Shown here piece after piece: positions 1-6,340 of a DNA stretch of 10,101 nt. The translations under genes and the position numbers were made by a program. The notes beneath the pieces were generated by a model, which saw only the letters and a program-made list of their open reading frames with translations, was not told where the DNA came from and did not search any database. The stretch is from UHGV virus genome UHGV-1546666. The stretch is one strand, 5' to 3'. Each line of letters starts with the position of its first letter. The first letter of the stretch is position 1. The stretch is from a virus.

Positions 1-199
1 TCTTCAGTTTATCTTTCTGTTTCTGCTCCTCTCGTCGTCGTTTCTTCTCTGCTGCTTTTTCCGCTTTTTCGCGTTCTTTACTTCGTCGTTCGAGTGCTAA
101 TTGAGTTCCGTGTTCCGGGCAGCACCACCACTGATTTGAGAATGCCGGGTGAAACCATTCTTTGCATATTTTGCATTTCCTTCGCGCTGGTTTAGCCAT
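1..199 (-). CDS. ninG: NinG/Rap-family protein, N-terminal 66 codons only (gene continues past the window start)
   Basis: Minus-strand translation from ATG at 199..197 reads [66 protein letters not shown], which matches my recollection of the lambda NinG N-terminus (Cys-rich motif followed by a Lys/Glu-rich stretch). The ATG overlaps the stop of the upstream gene (TAATG). Not in the ORF track because it is truncated by the window edge. Confidence 0.7.
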   Translation of the reverse strand, partial: MAKPARRKCKICKEWFHPAFSNQWWCCPEHGTQLALERRSKEREKAEKAAEKKRRREEQKQKDKLK

Positions 200-927
200 T
201 AAGCAGCCTCCCCTGTTACTTTCAGCATTCCGTTATCGAGCAGCTTTCTGGTCAGCCACTGTTGACCACGCCCGGTGATTTTTGTGGTGAACGATATCTG
301 TATTCCGTGATTTGTGTTGACCGCTGTTTCTTTCACTGTGAAATAGCCGCGCTCCATATATTCCTGCATTGGCACATTGCGCCGGGCACCTGAAGTAATA
401 AGGATTTTGTGATCGCGCATCCACGCAAACAGTTTGTTTGGACCAATTCCAACAACCTTTGCATAGTTTCCAATCAAAATTCCGCTGGCCTCGCCAACGC
501 GATCGGCAAACTCAACTTTAGGTGCTGCGAGAGCAAGCTGTTTCTCCAGTTCAGCCTTCTGGTCTTCAAGGTCGGCCGCAAGGCGCAATGCCTCAGAAAA
601 GGTTTGTGGTATTTTCGCGGTTGCCCCTTCGAGTTCTCGCCAACGGTCAACAAGACGAGCGGTGAATTCCGGCGACAACTGAGCGACGACAATAATGCTG
701 TCGCGCTTACCTTTTTCGCCTTCGAAGACGTAATGCTCGTACTGAACATTGAACCCTAAGTTATTGATTCTTTCGGAAACCTCAATTTGAGGAAGCCGGA
801 TAACTCCACTTTTAACCAGCGTTTCGATGGTTCGTTTCACATTGTCATGACGCTTACCTGTAAGCTCAGCGATTTCAATGCTAGTCATTTTGATGACGTT
901 GCTATTTATCAGCTCGTTCATTGTCAT
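199..927 (-). CDS. Rha-family phage regulatory protein with antirepressor-like (KilAC/ANT-type) C-terminal region, 242 aa
   Basis: ORF-track protein. The N-terminal segment [24 protein letters not shown] is the typical Rha signature and the C-terminal half resembles antirepressor C-terminal domains (from memory). RBS GAGAGGA lies upstream of the ATG at 927. Confidence 0.75.
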   Translation of the reverse strand: MTMNELINSNVIKMTSIEIAELTGKRHDNVKRTIETLVKSGVIRLPQIEVSERINNLGFNVQYEHYVFEGEKGKRDSIIVVAQLSPEFTARLVDRWRELEGATAKIPQTFSEALRLAADLEDQKAELEKQLALAAPKVEFADRVGEASGILIGNYAKVVGIGPNKLFAWMRDHKILITSGARRNVPMQEYMERGYFTVKETAVNTNHGIQISFTTKITGRGQQWLTRKLLDNGMLKVTGEAA

Positions 928-953
928 GTCCTCTCATATTGAAAATTCACCAA

Positions 954-979
954 TAAAAAACCCAGCCGAAGCTGGGTTT
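954..979 (-). terminator. Rho-independent terminator (second of a tandem pair downstream of the 1073..2086 gene)
   Basis: Stem cccagc (961-966) / gctggg (971-976) with loop cgaa. On the minus strand the hairpin is followed by a run of six T (complement of the A-run at 955-960). Confidence 0.5.
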
Positions 980-1043
980 GTTAAGTTGTCAATGGTCAGT
1001 AGTAATGCAGTGAAGGAGGTAAACTTACGCTGAAGGATTTGTA

Positions 1044-1066
1044 CAAAAAAACCACCTGAAGGTGGG
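1044..1066 (-). terminator. Rho-independent terminator immediately after the stop of the 1073..2086 gene
   Basis: Stem ccacc (1052-1056) / ggtgg (1061-1065) with loop tgaa. On the minus strand it is followed by seven T (complement of the A-run 1044-1050). It begins 7 nt after the stop codon at 1073-1075. Confidence 0.55.
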
Positions 1067-1072
1067 TTACTG

Positions 1073-2086
1073 TTACTTGTCTGAATCATCCAGTTCGTCT
1101 GTTTTCACATCCTCAAACCTTGGATGCAGGCGATTCATTTTTGCAATAAAATCTGAATAGTCGTTAGATAGCTTCATAATCGTAACGGTTGATGACAGAT
1201 GCTCTCTTAATTTTTGATATCCAATATTTGGCGTCAGCCCCTGAAACAACTTTGTACCTTTTGAGGCCTTTACGTTCTGCTTTTTAAGCTCCTCAAGGAT
1301 GTTTGGTGCCAATCTCTTGTAGACGATATCATTTGTCAAAACGCCAAAATACTGAGGCCGGAAGCGGGGATTTTCCGGCGGGTATTCTAAGCCCCTTAAC
1401 CTGAAAAGCTCTTCATAATAATCAGCAGGAAATGTTGTAATATAAGGTTGAATTTCCTTTGCGACAAAGGCCTCGAGTATTTTGGCGAGCGCATCTTTTT
1501 CTCTATCTCGCTGGTACCCCGTCGCTTCATCAACAAGCGCTATTATTCCGACTTTAGCTAATGAGCGCACCAGAATTTCAGCTTTCTTGGCTGTCTCTAA
1601 CTGGTTTGGCCTGGTGATAGCGCCTGCCTCTCTTGCCTTTAAATAAACATCGCAGACAAGAGGTATTATGGATGCGTCATAACCTTCCTGGACGGAGCCA
1701 GTAATCGTCTTGTATTTGACCTTATTGATCACACCCATAACATCTTGATTTATATATTTTTTAAGGTTTGCAGCATCCATAAAAGCGGGCATATTGATCA
1801 CCCCCTCTTCTTGAGGTGCTCTACCCCCTCTTTGTGGTCGGCCAAATGCTTTAAAAACAGAAGCTTGTGATATGATACGCCGTCCATTTTCGAGAACCGC
1901 GACATCTAATTCCGCATCACCGATCTTTAACTTTCCCTCATTCGCAGATACGGGCAATAAAGCTTTTTCTTTTTTTGCGGCAACAGCCTTTCTTGAGGAT
2001 TCTTTTCTTTGCTCTGCTGTCATTTTTGCCGCGCGTGCCTTACCGCCTTTGGCCTTCCCACTAACATCATCATTTTTCATGAGCAT
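1073..2086 (-). CDS. Hypothetical accessory (moron-like) protein, about 337 aa, with a Lys/Arg/Ala-rich basic N-terminal tail and a globular C-terminal domain; possibly a P63C-type phage domain
   Basis: ORF-track 355-aa frame, with the start moved to the in-frame ATG at 2086..2084 (MLMKNDD...) because the track's first codon lies upstream of the -10 element of its own promoter; a second ATG at 2080 is also possible. The N-terminus is GKAKGGKARAAKMTAEQRKESSRKAVAAKKEK. The P63C family call is a weak recollection only. Confidence 0.6.
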   Translation of the reverse strand: MLMKNDDVSGKAKGGKARAAKMTAEQRKESSRKAVAAKKEKALLPVSANEGKLKIGDAELDVAVLENGRRIISQASVFKAFGRPQRGGRAPQEEGVINMPAFMDAANLKKYINQDVMGVINKVKYKTITGSVQEGYDASIIPLVCDVYLKAREAGAITRPNQLETAKKAEILVRSLAKVGIIALVDEATGYQRDREKDALAKILEAFVAKEIQPYITTFPADYYEELFRLRGLEYPPENPRFRPQYFGVLTNDIVYKRLAPNILEELKKQNVKASKGTKLFQGLTPNIGYQKLREHLSSTVTIMKLSNDYSDFIAKMNRLHPRFEDVKTDELDDSDK

Positions 2087-2103
2087 ATCTCGTGTTGTGA
2101 TTG

Positions 2104-2140
2104 ATAAGTCAATTATACACATGCACGTTGTAACGTGCAA
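2104..2140 (-). promoter_or_regulatory. Sigma70-type promoter for the 1073..2086 gene, with overlapping palindromic operator
   Basis: On the minus strand: -35 TTGCAC (2140..2135), 17-nt spacer, consensus -10 TATAAT (2117..2112). The inverted repeat TGCACGTT-gt-AACGTGCA (2122..2139) overlaps the -35 and spacer, and a third TGCACGT half-site lies at 2151..2157. Confidence 0.5.
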
Positions 2141-2205
2141 TATTTAAATATGCACGTAAATTGCGAATCAGATAATGAGGAGACTTTCTCCCCCTTGCAC
2201 TGACA

Positions 2206-2307
2206 TCATGGTATTCTGCTCAAAACTAAATTTCTGGAGCGTTTCGTTGGAAGGTATTTGCAGTTTTCGCAGATGATGTCGGTGAAACTTCGTCGCTGTC
2301 GCCTCAT
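2206..2307 (-). pseudogene. ninE: ninE remnant: 26 NinE-like codons followed by unrelated sequence and an early stop (33 aa total)
   Basis: Minus-strand translation from ATG 2307..2305 reads [26 protein letters not shown] then LVLSRIP*. The first 26 residues match my recollection of lambda NinE ([29 protein letters not shown]..., 60 aa). The ATG overlaps the stop of the upstream ORF as ATGA. The ORF is below the 60-aa track threshold. Confidence 0.5.
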
Positions 2308-2906
2308 GCCGCCCTGTCTCCCCATCTTGCTTTCATTGTTTCATTTGCAAATCGCCAGAATCTTCCTTTGTGATATGAGCTTTCGCCATTACAGCAACGA
2401 CTAATTGACGAACTATCAAATCCTTCTCTGACAGCATCCATAGCTGCTTCATAATAAACCTCCTCCCCAGTTTTCATGTCAGTAGAAATAACAGCTTTAC
2501 TGGCAGGATGATCACCACTAAATTTACCTAGCGATATAGGTATTCTTCCATTTTGTTTATATCCGTGCTTTGAGTTTTCAGAATGTGATACCCATTCAAG
2601 GTTTTCAGCCCTATTGTCATCTCTTTGCCCATTTTTGTGATTAACTACCAAGCCATCACAGAACCCTGTACAGAATGCTTTCGCAACTATCCTGTGGGCG
2701 CTGTATTTCTTACCGTATACCTTTATTTGAAGATATCCTGTCGACTTGCACTTGAATGGTTTTACGCTAGTGCCATTAATTATTTTCTTATATGGCCTCT
2801 GTCTGGTTGATGTTACTGTAATTTCCCTCGTAATAGACCTGAAATTTCCTTTATTGCTAACCTGATAAAATGGAATTCCTTCGATATCTACCCAAACCTC
2901 AATCAT
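2304..2906 (-). CDS. HNH homing endonuclease (NUMOD4 motif plus HNH_3-type nuclease motif), 200 aa
   Basis: [21 protein letters not shown] is a NUMOD4-like motif. [11 protein letters not shown]...[25 protein letters not shown] is an HNH_3-type motif (His-Arg, HxNG, DNR, ENLEW). A GGAGG RBS sits 4-5 nt before the ATG, which overlaps the ninB stop. The region is visibly AT-richer than the lambda-core genes. Confidence 0.85.
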   Translation of the reverse strand: MIEVWVDIEGIPFYQVSNKGNFRSITREITVTSTRQRPYKKIINGTSVKPFKCKSTGYLQIKVYGKKYSAHRIVAKAFCTGFCDGLVVNHKNGQRDDNRAENLEWVSHSENSKHGYKQNGRIPISLGKFSGDHPASKAVISTDMKTGEEVYYEAAMDAVREGFDSSSISRCCNGESSYHKGRFWRFANETMKARWGDRAA

Positions 2907-3315
2907 AATTCCTCCATTCGCTAAGATTAATTGAGTTCATGGCACAATATGCTTCTATGTAGTCCATTATTTCGGATATTTTTTTTACAGATAGAGTCGC
3001 CGTACTCTCTCTGATGTTTATTAGCTCACCTTCTAACCCTGATATAATCTCAGGGTGCTGGTTGGTTGCAATCTGCCAACCAGAAACGAATAACCCCTTC
3101 CAAAACTCAATATTTCTTGCTTTTCCATGATATGTAGCCTTCTTACTTATTTCAGATAGCATCGCGTGAAGGCGTGCATTTTGCCGAATGCTGCGGTTGC
3201 GTTCCTGAATGGTTACTACGATTGGTTTGGTTGGGTCTGGAAGAATTTGCTGGATAGCTTGAATGGCGTTCTGCTGATGGATGGGGCTTCTTAGTTCAAA
3301 TGTTAGTTTCCTCAT
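2899..3315 (-). CDS. ninB: NinB (Orf-family recombination mediator), about 138 aa
   Basis: Start placed at the internal Met of the 165-aa track ORF (MRKLTFELRSPIHQQNAIQAIQQILPDPTKPIVVTIQERNRS...), which aligns with the lambda NinB N-terminus MKKLTFEIRSPAHQQNAIHAVQQILPDPTKPIVVTIQERNRS. The C-terminal portion is divergent and ends ...SEWRNYD. Confidence 0.8.
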   Translation of the reverse strand: MRKLTFELRSPIHQQNAIQAIQQILPDPTKPIVVTIQERNRSIRQNARLHAMLSEISKKATYHGKARNIEFWKGLFVSGWQIATNQHPEIISGLEGELINIRESTATLSVKKISEIMDYIEAYCAMNSINLSEWRNYD

Positions 3316-3478
3316 CACCCTTAATCCTCTCGAAGTTCTTCTCGAAGTTTTTGGTGTCGAACACTGACCACCGACCATTATGAATGGCGTATGCACAGGT
3401 CTTGTTTTCGTCCTGATAAACTACCCTTACCTTGCGATAAAACCGTGGCTTAATCTCTCTGAATATTTGCTCGCTCAT
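3296..3478 (-). CDS. Hypothetical small phage protein, about 60 aa
   Basis: Track ORF 3296..3484 trimmed to the ATG at 3478, which has a strong RBS (GAAGGAG, 5-nt spacer). It is Lys/Arg/Glu-rich and of unknown family. Its 3' end overlaps the ninB start by about 20 nt in a different frame. Confidence 0.5.
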   Translation of the reverse strand: MSEQIFREIKPRFYRKVRVVYQDENKTCAYAIHNGRWSVFDTKNFEKNFERIKGDEETNI

Positions 3479-3488
3479 GCTCACTCCT

Positions 3489-3704
3489 TCACTTTAAATC
3501 CAGACTCCGGATAATTCTGTTGCGCTGAAACTCATTGTTGAGTTTGAACAACCGTCGAAGAACACGGTCACGCGGATAGCGTCGTGCGGCAGGTGAATGC
3601 TCATACAACTCATCAAGCGGCAAACTGGACGATGAACGATACCGATACCAACGCACCAACTCTTCACGAAAATTAGCCCTGACAAGCTCAGCTATCGTAC
3701 TCAT
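3489..3704 (-). CDS. Hypothetical small phage protein, 71 aa, Arg-rich
   Basis: Track ORF. The ATG at 3704 overlaps the stop of an upstream 30-codon ORF as ATGA. Lies in the ren-to-ninB interval. No family recognised. Confidence 0.5.
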   Translation of the reverse strand: MSTIAELVRANFREELVRWYRYRSSSSLPLDELYEHSPAARRYPRDRVLRRLFKLNNEFQRNRIIRSLDLK

Positions 3705-3793
3705 TTCTTAAAGCCTCCAATTACTCTTCCCCAAATAAAAAGGCCTGCGATTACCAGCAGGCCTGTTACAAGCTCAGTGATGTAGATGGTCAT
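3701..3793 (-). CDS. Candidate 30-aa hydrophobic single-helix peptide (MTIYITELVTGLLVIAGLFIWGRVIGGFKK)
   Basis: Found by manual translation; it is below the track threshold. The ATG (3793..3791) overlaps the ren stop as ATGA and the stop overlaps the orf71 start as ATGA, so the frame is exactly bridged between two genes. A terminator-like hairpin lies inside it, which makes the call ambiguous. Confidence 0.35.
   Translation of the reverse strand: MTIYITELVTGLLVIAGLFIWGRVIGGFKK
3735..3764 (-). terminator. tR2-like hairpin downstream of ren
   Basis: 8-bp stem aggcctgc (3741-3748) / gcaggcct (3757-3764) with an 8-nt loop. On the minus strand it is followed by TTTTATTT. Position is analogous to lambda tR2, but it overlaps the candidate small ORF. 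Confidence 0.4.
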
Positions 3794-4080
3794 CTTTTAA
3801 CTCCATATACCGCCAATACCCGTTTCATCACTGCACTCTGGCGACACTCCTTAAAAATCAGGTTCGTGCTCACCTTTCCTTCCCGTTCTTCCCTGGTAGC
3901 AAACCGGTAATACACCGTTCGCCAGACCTTACCATCAATGACAAGGATTCCTGCCCGCGCCATTTTAGCCGCAGCCTGATTTATACTGGTTACGGTTGCG
4001 CCTGTTACCGCGGAAACGTCCTGTGCACAGAAGTTCTTATGCGCCCCGAGGTAATGAATAATTGCCTCTTTGCCCGTCAT
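3790..4080 (-). CDS. ren: Ren protein, 96 aa
   Basis: MTGKEAIIHYLGAHKNFCAQDVSAVTGATVTSINQAAAKMARAGILVIDGKVWRTVYYRFATREEREGK... is near-identical to my recollection of lambda Ren (same length and start). Confidence 0.85.
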   Translation of the reverse strand: MTGKEAIIHYLGAHKNFCAQDVSAVTGATVTSINQAAAKMARAGILVIDGKVWRTVYYRFATREEREGKVSTNLIFKECRQSAVMKRVLAVYGVKR

Positions 4081-4147
4081 ATACTTGCTCCTTTCAGTCC
4101 GAACTTAGCTTTAATTTCTGCGATCTTCGCCAGAGCCTGTGCTCGAT

Positions 4148-4774
4148 TTAGAGGTCTGCCGCCCATGACAGTTGTTTTACTGGTTCAGGTATCGTCTCAC
4201 CACGGTTAATTCTCGCAGTCATATGGACAAGCTCATCTGCGGCCTTACGGCGTAATTCCGCATCAGTAAGCGCATTGGCCCGCATGTTCTGATACAGGTT
4301 GGTAACCAGCCAGTAGTGCGCGTTTGATTTCCACGGATAAGACTCTGCATCCGGATACAGGCCTCGCTTCCGGCAATACTCGTAAACCATATCAACCAGC
4401 TCGCTGGCGTTTGGCAGCCCGGCGGTAACGGATGCTTCTTCCCGGCACCAGGCGACAAACTGCCCGGGTGATGGCAGGAATGGTCGATTCTGCCGACGGG
4501 CTACGCGCATTCCAGCGTTAACCTGTTCCATTGTGGTGATCCCGTTTTCCCGGAAAGCCAGAACCCACTGGCGGCGGATTTCGTTCAGTTCATTCTGGTC
4601 ACGGTTAGCCAGGCTCGCCGGGAAAGTTGCCAGTAACTGGCTGAACACACCGTTGATGATCTGCGCTACCTGCTGTACCTGCGGCTTTTCGTCGTACTGT
4701 TCCGGCATGTTGTTGGCGATCCGACGCATCTGCTCACGGTCAAAGTTAACCATCTGTGCGGCGATGTTTTTCAT
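4148..4774 (-). CDS. P: Replication protein P (DnaB helicase loader), C-terminally frameshifted: 208 aa ending ...KQLSWAADL
   Basis: Residues 1 to about 202 match lambda P (MKNIAAQMVNFDREQMRRIANNMPEQYDEKPQVQQVAQIINGVF...). Downstream, a shifted frame (4170..4081) encodes MGGRPLNRAQALAKIAEIKAKFGLKGASI*, which is the conserved P C-terminus and ends overlapping the ren start. Confidence 0.85.
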   Translation of the reverse strand: MKNIAAQMVNFDREQMRRIANNMPEQYDEKPQVQQVAQIINGVFSQLLATFPASLANRDQNELNEIRRQWVLAFRENGITTMEQVNAGMRVARRQNRPFLPSPGQFVAWCREEASVTAGLPNASELVDMVYEYCRKRGLYPDAESYPWKSNAHYWLVTNLYQNMRANALTDAELRRKAADELVHMTARINRGETIPEPVKQLSWAADL

Positions 4775-5650
4775 AAATCCACCCCGTAAATCCAGTCAGT
4801 GTTTGTCAGGTCGAGTTTTGGTTTGCTGGCTGTCACGCCTGCCTGTTGCTTGTTACGGTTGATTTCGAGCTGGGTCCACTTGTCGCGGAGTTTGGCCGGA
4901 CTTAGCACGTTACCGGACCAGAAGTTGTCCTGGCAGGCCCAGCGGAACAGCACGCACATGTCGCGGTGGTTACGTCCGTCACGTTCACGCATCAGGCGGA
5001 TATCGTTAGCCCACCCTGCAAAATTCGGTTTTCTGGCTGATGGTGCGATGGTCTTCACCATGTCAAACATCCACTCTGCGGCGGTCAGGTCTTCTGCTGT
5101 TCCCCACTTGCTGCCGCTCTGAATTGCAGCATCCGGTTTAACCACAGAAAGATCGTTTTCTGGCTGGTCAGAGGATTCGCCAGAATTCTCGGACGAATAA
5201 TCTTTTCTTTTTTCTTTTGTAATAGTGTCTTTTGTGTCCCCCTGTTTTGAGGGATAGCAATCCCCTAATTTGAGGGATGTTTTATCCCTCGTTTTGAGGG
5301 ATGCACCATTCTGAGATGTTTTTATTTGGTCCAAACATGCCGCCTTGCTGCTTGATAATATTCATTCTGACGAGTTCTAACTTGGCTTCATTGCACCGTT
5401 TGACAGGTAACTTTGTAATCTCGCTAAGTTGAGAATCGGTGATTCTGTCCATTGGTTTATTCCACCCATAGGTTTTACGCAGAATGGCAAGCAGCACTTT
5501 AAACTGTCGCTTGGTCAGATCTGCGCCTGAATAAGCCTCAATCAGCATATTTGATAGTCTGGCGTAACCATCATCGAGATCTGCCACATTACGCTCCTGT
5601 CCGGCAAAGTTACTTCTGCCGAAGTTGAGTATTTTTGCTGTATTTGTCAT
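4771..5650 (-). pseudogene. O: Replication initiator O, split by a frameshift inside the origin iteron array into an N-terminal 122-aa ORF (5282..5650) and a C-terminal 187-aa ORF (4771..5334)
   Basis: ORF 5282..5650 (MTNTAKILNFGRSNFAGQERNVADLDDGYARLSNMLIEAYSGADLTKRQFK...ISEWCIPQNEG*) matches the lambda O N-terminal domain. ORF 4771..5334 contains KTRDKTSLKLGDCYPSKQGDTKDTITKEKRKDYSSENSGESSDQ... to the C-terminus ...TDWIYGVDL, matching the lambda O linker and C-domain. The two are in different frames and overlap by 53 nt. Confidence 0.8.
5237..5301. repeat. Replication origin iterons (three O-binding repeats) with flanking AT-rich region
   Basis: Three inverted-repeat iterons on the plus strand: tccccctgttttgaggga (5237-5254), tcccctaatttgaggga (5261-5277) and tccctcgttttgaggga (5285-5301). 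The gagggat cores are spaced 23 and 24 bp apart. An A/T-rich tract (about 5200-5235) follows in the direction of O transcription, as in lambda ori. Confidence 0.75.
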
Positions 5651-5682
5651 AATGACTCCTGTTGATAGATCCAGTAATGACC

Positions 5683-5982
5683 TCAGAATTCCATCTGGAT
5701 TTGTTCAGAACGCTCGGTCTTGCACACCGGGCGTTTTTTATTGGTGAGTTCATCAAGCGCATACTTAAAAGCCCTGCTAATCGGACTGATGTCTGATGCC
5801 ATTCCGAAAGCACACAAGACCGAAGCAATAAATCTCCAGTCCGTTCTGCTTATCTTCGATTCATGACAGCCAATCATCTTTGCCAGACCGCGCTGGGTAA
5901 GCGTTGACAGGTTGATAAGTAAATCTGTTTCTGCGCGATCAACGTCGCGCTGTGATAGTTTGCTGTAACTTGTTTGTTCCAT
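5683..5982 (-). CDS. cII: CII transcriptional activator homolog, 99 aa
   Basis: The C-terminus LTNKKRPVCKTERSEQIQMEF is near-identical to lambda CII (ILTNKKRPAATERSEQIQMEF). The central HTH-like segment is TQRGLAKMIGCHESKISR. Position is immediately downstream of cro and nutR. Confidence 0.85.
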   Translation of the reverse strand: MEQTSYSKLSQRDVDRAETDLLINLSTLTQRGLAKMIGCHESKISRTDWRFIASVLCAFGMASDISPISRAFKYALDELTNKKRPVCKTERSEQIQMEF

Positions 5983-6021
5983 TTCTTAAGATTTCCAATA
6001 GTGAATAGTTAGTTGAAAGGT

Positions 6022-6037
6022 ATGCGTGGAAACGCAT
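6022..6037 (-). other. Hairpin in the nutR-to-cII interval (possible tR1-region structure)
   Basis: On the minus strand, ATGCGT-ttcc-ACGCAT, a 6-bp stem. There is no strong U-run, and lambda tR1 is rho-dependent, so terminator function is speculative. Confidence 0.2.
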
Positions 6038-6067
6038 ATGGCCTTAGTTGGTCAGATATCTTGGGAC

Positions 6068-6113
6068 TCGCTTTTCAGCGACGTAGGACGAATGTCCGTT
6101 GTTACAAAGAGCG
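6068..6113 (-). promoter_or_regulatory. nutR-like N-utilisation site (boxA plus boxB hairpin)
   Basis: On the minus strand, boxA-like CGCTCTTTGTAACAA (6113..6099) is followed 17 nt later by the hairpin UCGCU-GAAA-AGCGA (6081..6068). The same boxA core and GCUGAAAAGC hairpin core recur at the candidate nutL site. Confidence 0.5.
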
Positions 6114-6121
6114 GGTACTGC

Positions 6122-6340
6122 TTAGGCGGCTTTGTTACTGGATGGAGGGAAAACATCATCCAAAGAACATTGGCACCCTAACTTCCTGAGGCCTTCTACG
6201 ATCTTTCGGCAATCGTTAAGTCTAGGAGTACGGATATTCAGCTCATAGTTGGCGATGCGGGATTGCCCCCAACCAATTGCCGAAGCCAGTACAGCTTGCG
6301 AAACTCCGATTTTTTTTCGCTGCTGGGCAATTTTGTTCAT
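6122..6340 (-). CDS. cro: Cro-like repressor (small HTH protein), about 72 aa
   Basis: Track ORF trimmed to the internal ATG at 6340 (MNKIAQQRKKIGVSQAVLASAIGWGQSRIANYE...), which has RBS GGGAG and lies downstream of the predicted pR. The HTH-like segment is GVSQAVLASAIGWGQSRI. It is divergently transcribed from cI. Confidence 0.7.
   Translation of the reverse strand: MNKIAQQRKKIGVSQAVLASAIGWGQSRIANYELNIRTPRLNDCRKIVEGLRKLGCQCSLDDVFPPSSNKAA

Noticed and set aside
233-759. Track ORFs 233..424 (-), 409..759 (+) and 474..749 (-) overlapping the Rha-family gene
   Set aside because: They lie entirely inside the well-supported 199..927 CDS in other frames or on the other strand, have no RBS, and their translations are low-complexity and Arg/Cys-rich, typical of shadow ORFs.
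980-1043. Consensus TTGACA on the minus strand (about 988-993) upstream of the Rha-family gene
   Set aside because: No acceptable -10 hexamer at 16-18 bp spacing, and a terminator hairpin lies between it and the gene; likely chance occurrence.
1872-2147. Plus-strand 91-aa ORF antisense to the 5' end of the accessory gene and across its promoter
   Set aside because: Antisense shadow of the Lys/Ala-rich coding region; it overlaps the promoter and has no start context.
2625-2810. Plus-strand 61-aa ORF inside the HNH gene
   Set aside because: Antisense to a confidently assigned HNH endonuclease, with no RBS.
3494-3685. Alternative-frame 63-aa ORF overlapping orf71 on the same strand
   Set aside because: It is completely nested in orf71, which has the ATGA coupling to the upstream micro-ORF; the translation is Cys/Gly-rich and looks non-protein-like.
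4219-5122. Track ORFs 4219..4458 (-), 4533..4862 (+) and 4799..5122 (+) within P and O
   Set aside because: Out-of-frame or antisense to clear lambda P and O homologs; Arg/Cys/Ser-rich shadow translations.
5610-5828. Minus-strand 72-aa ORF overlapping the 3' end of cII and the O start
   Set aside because: Overlaps the confidently assigned cII in another frame, with no independent support.
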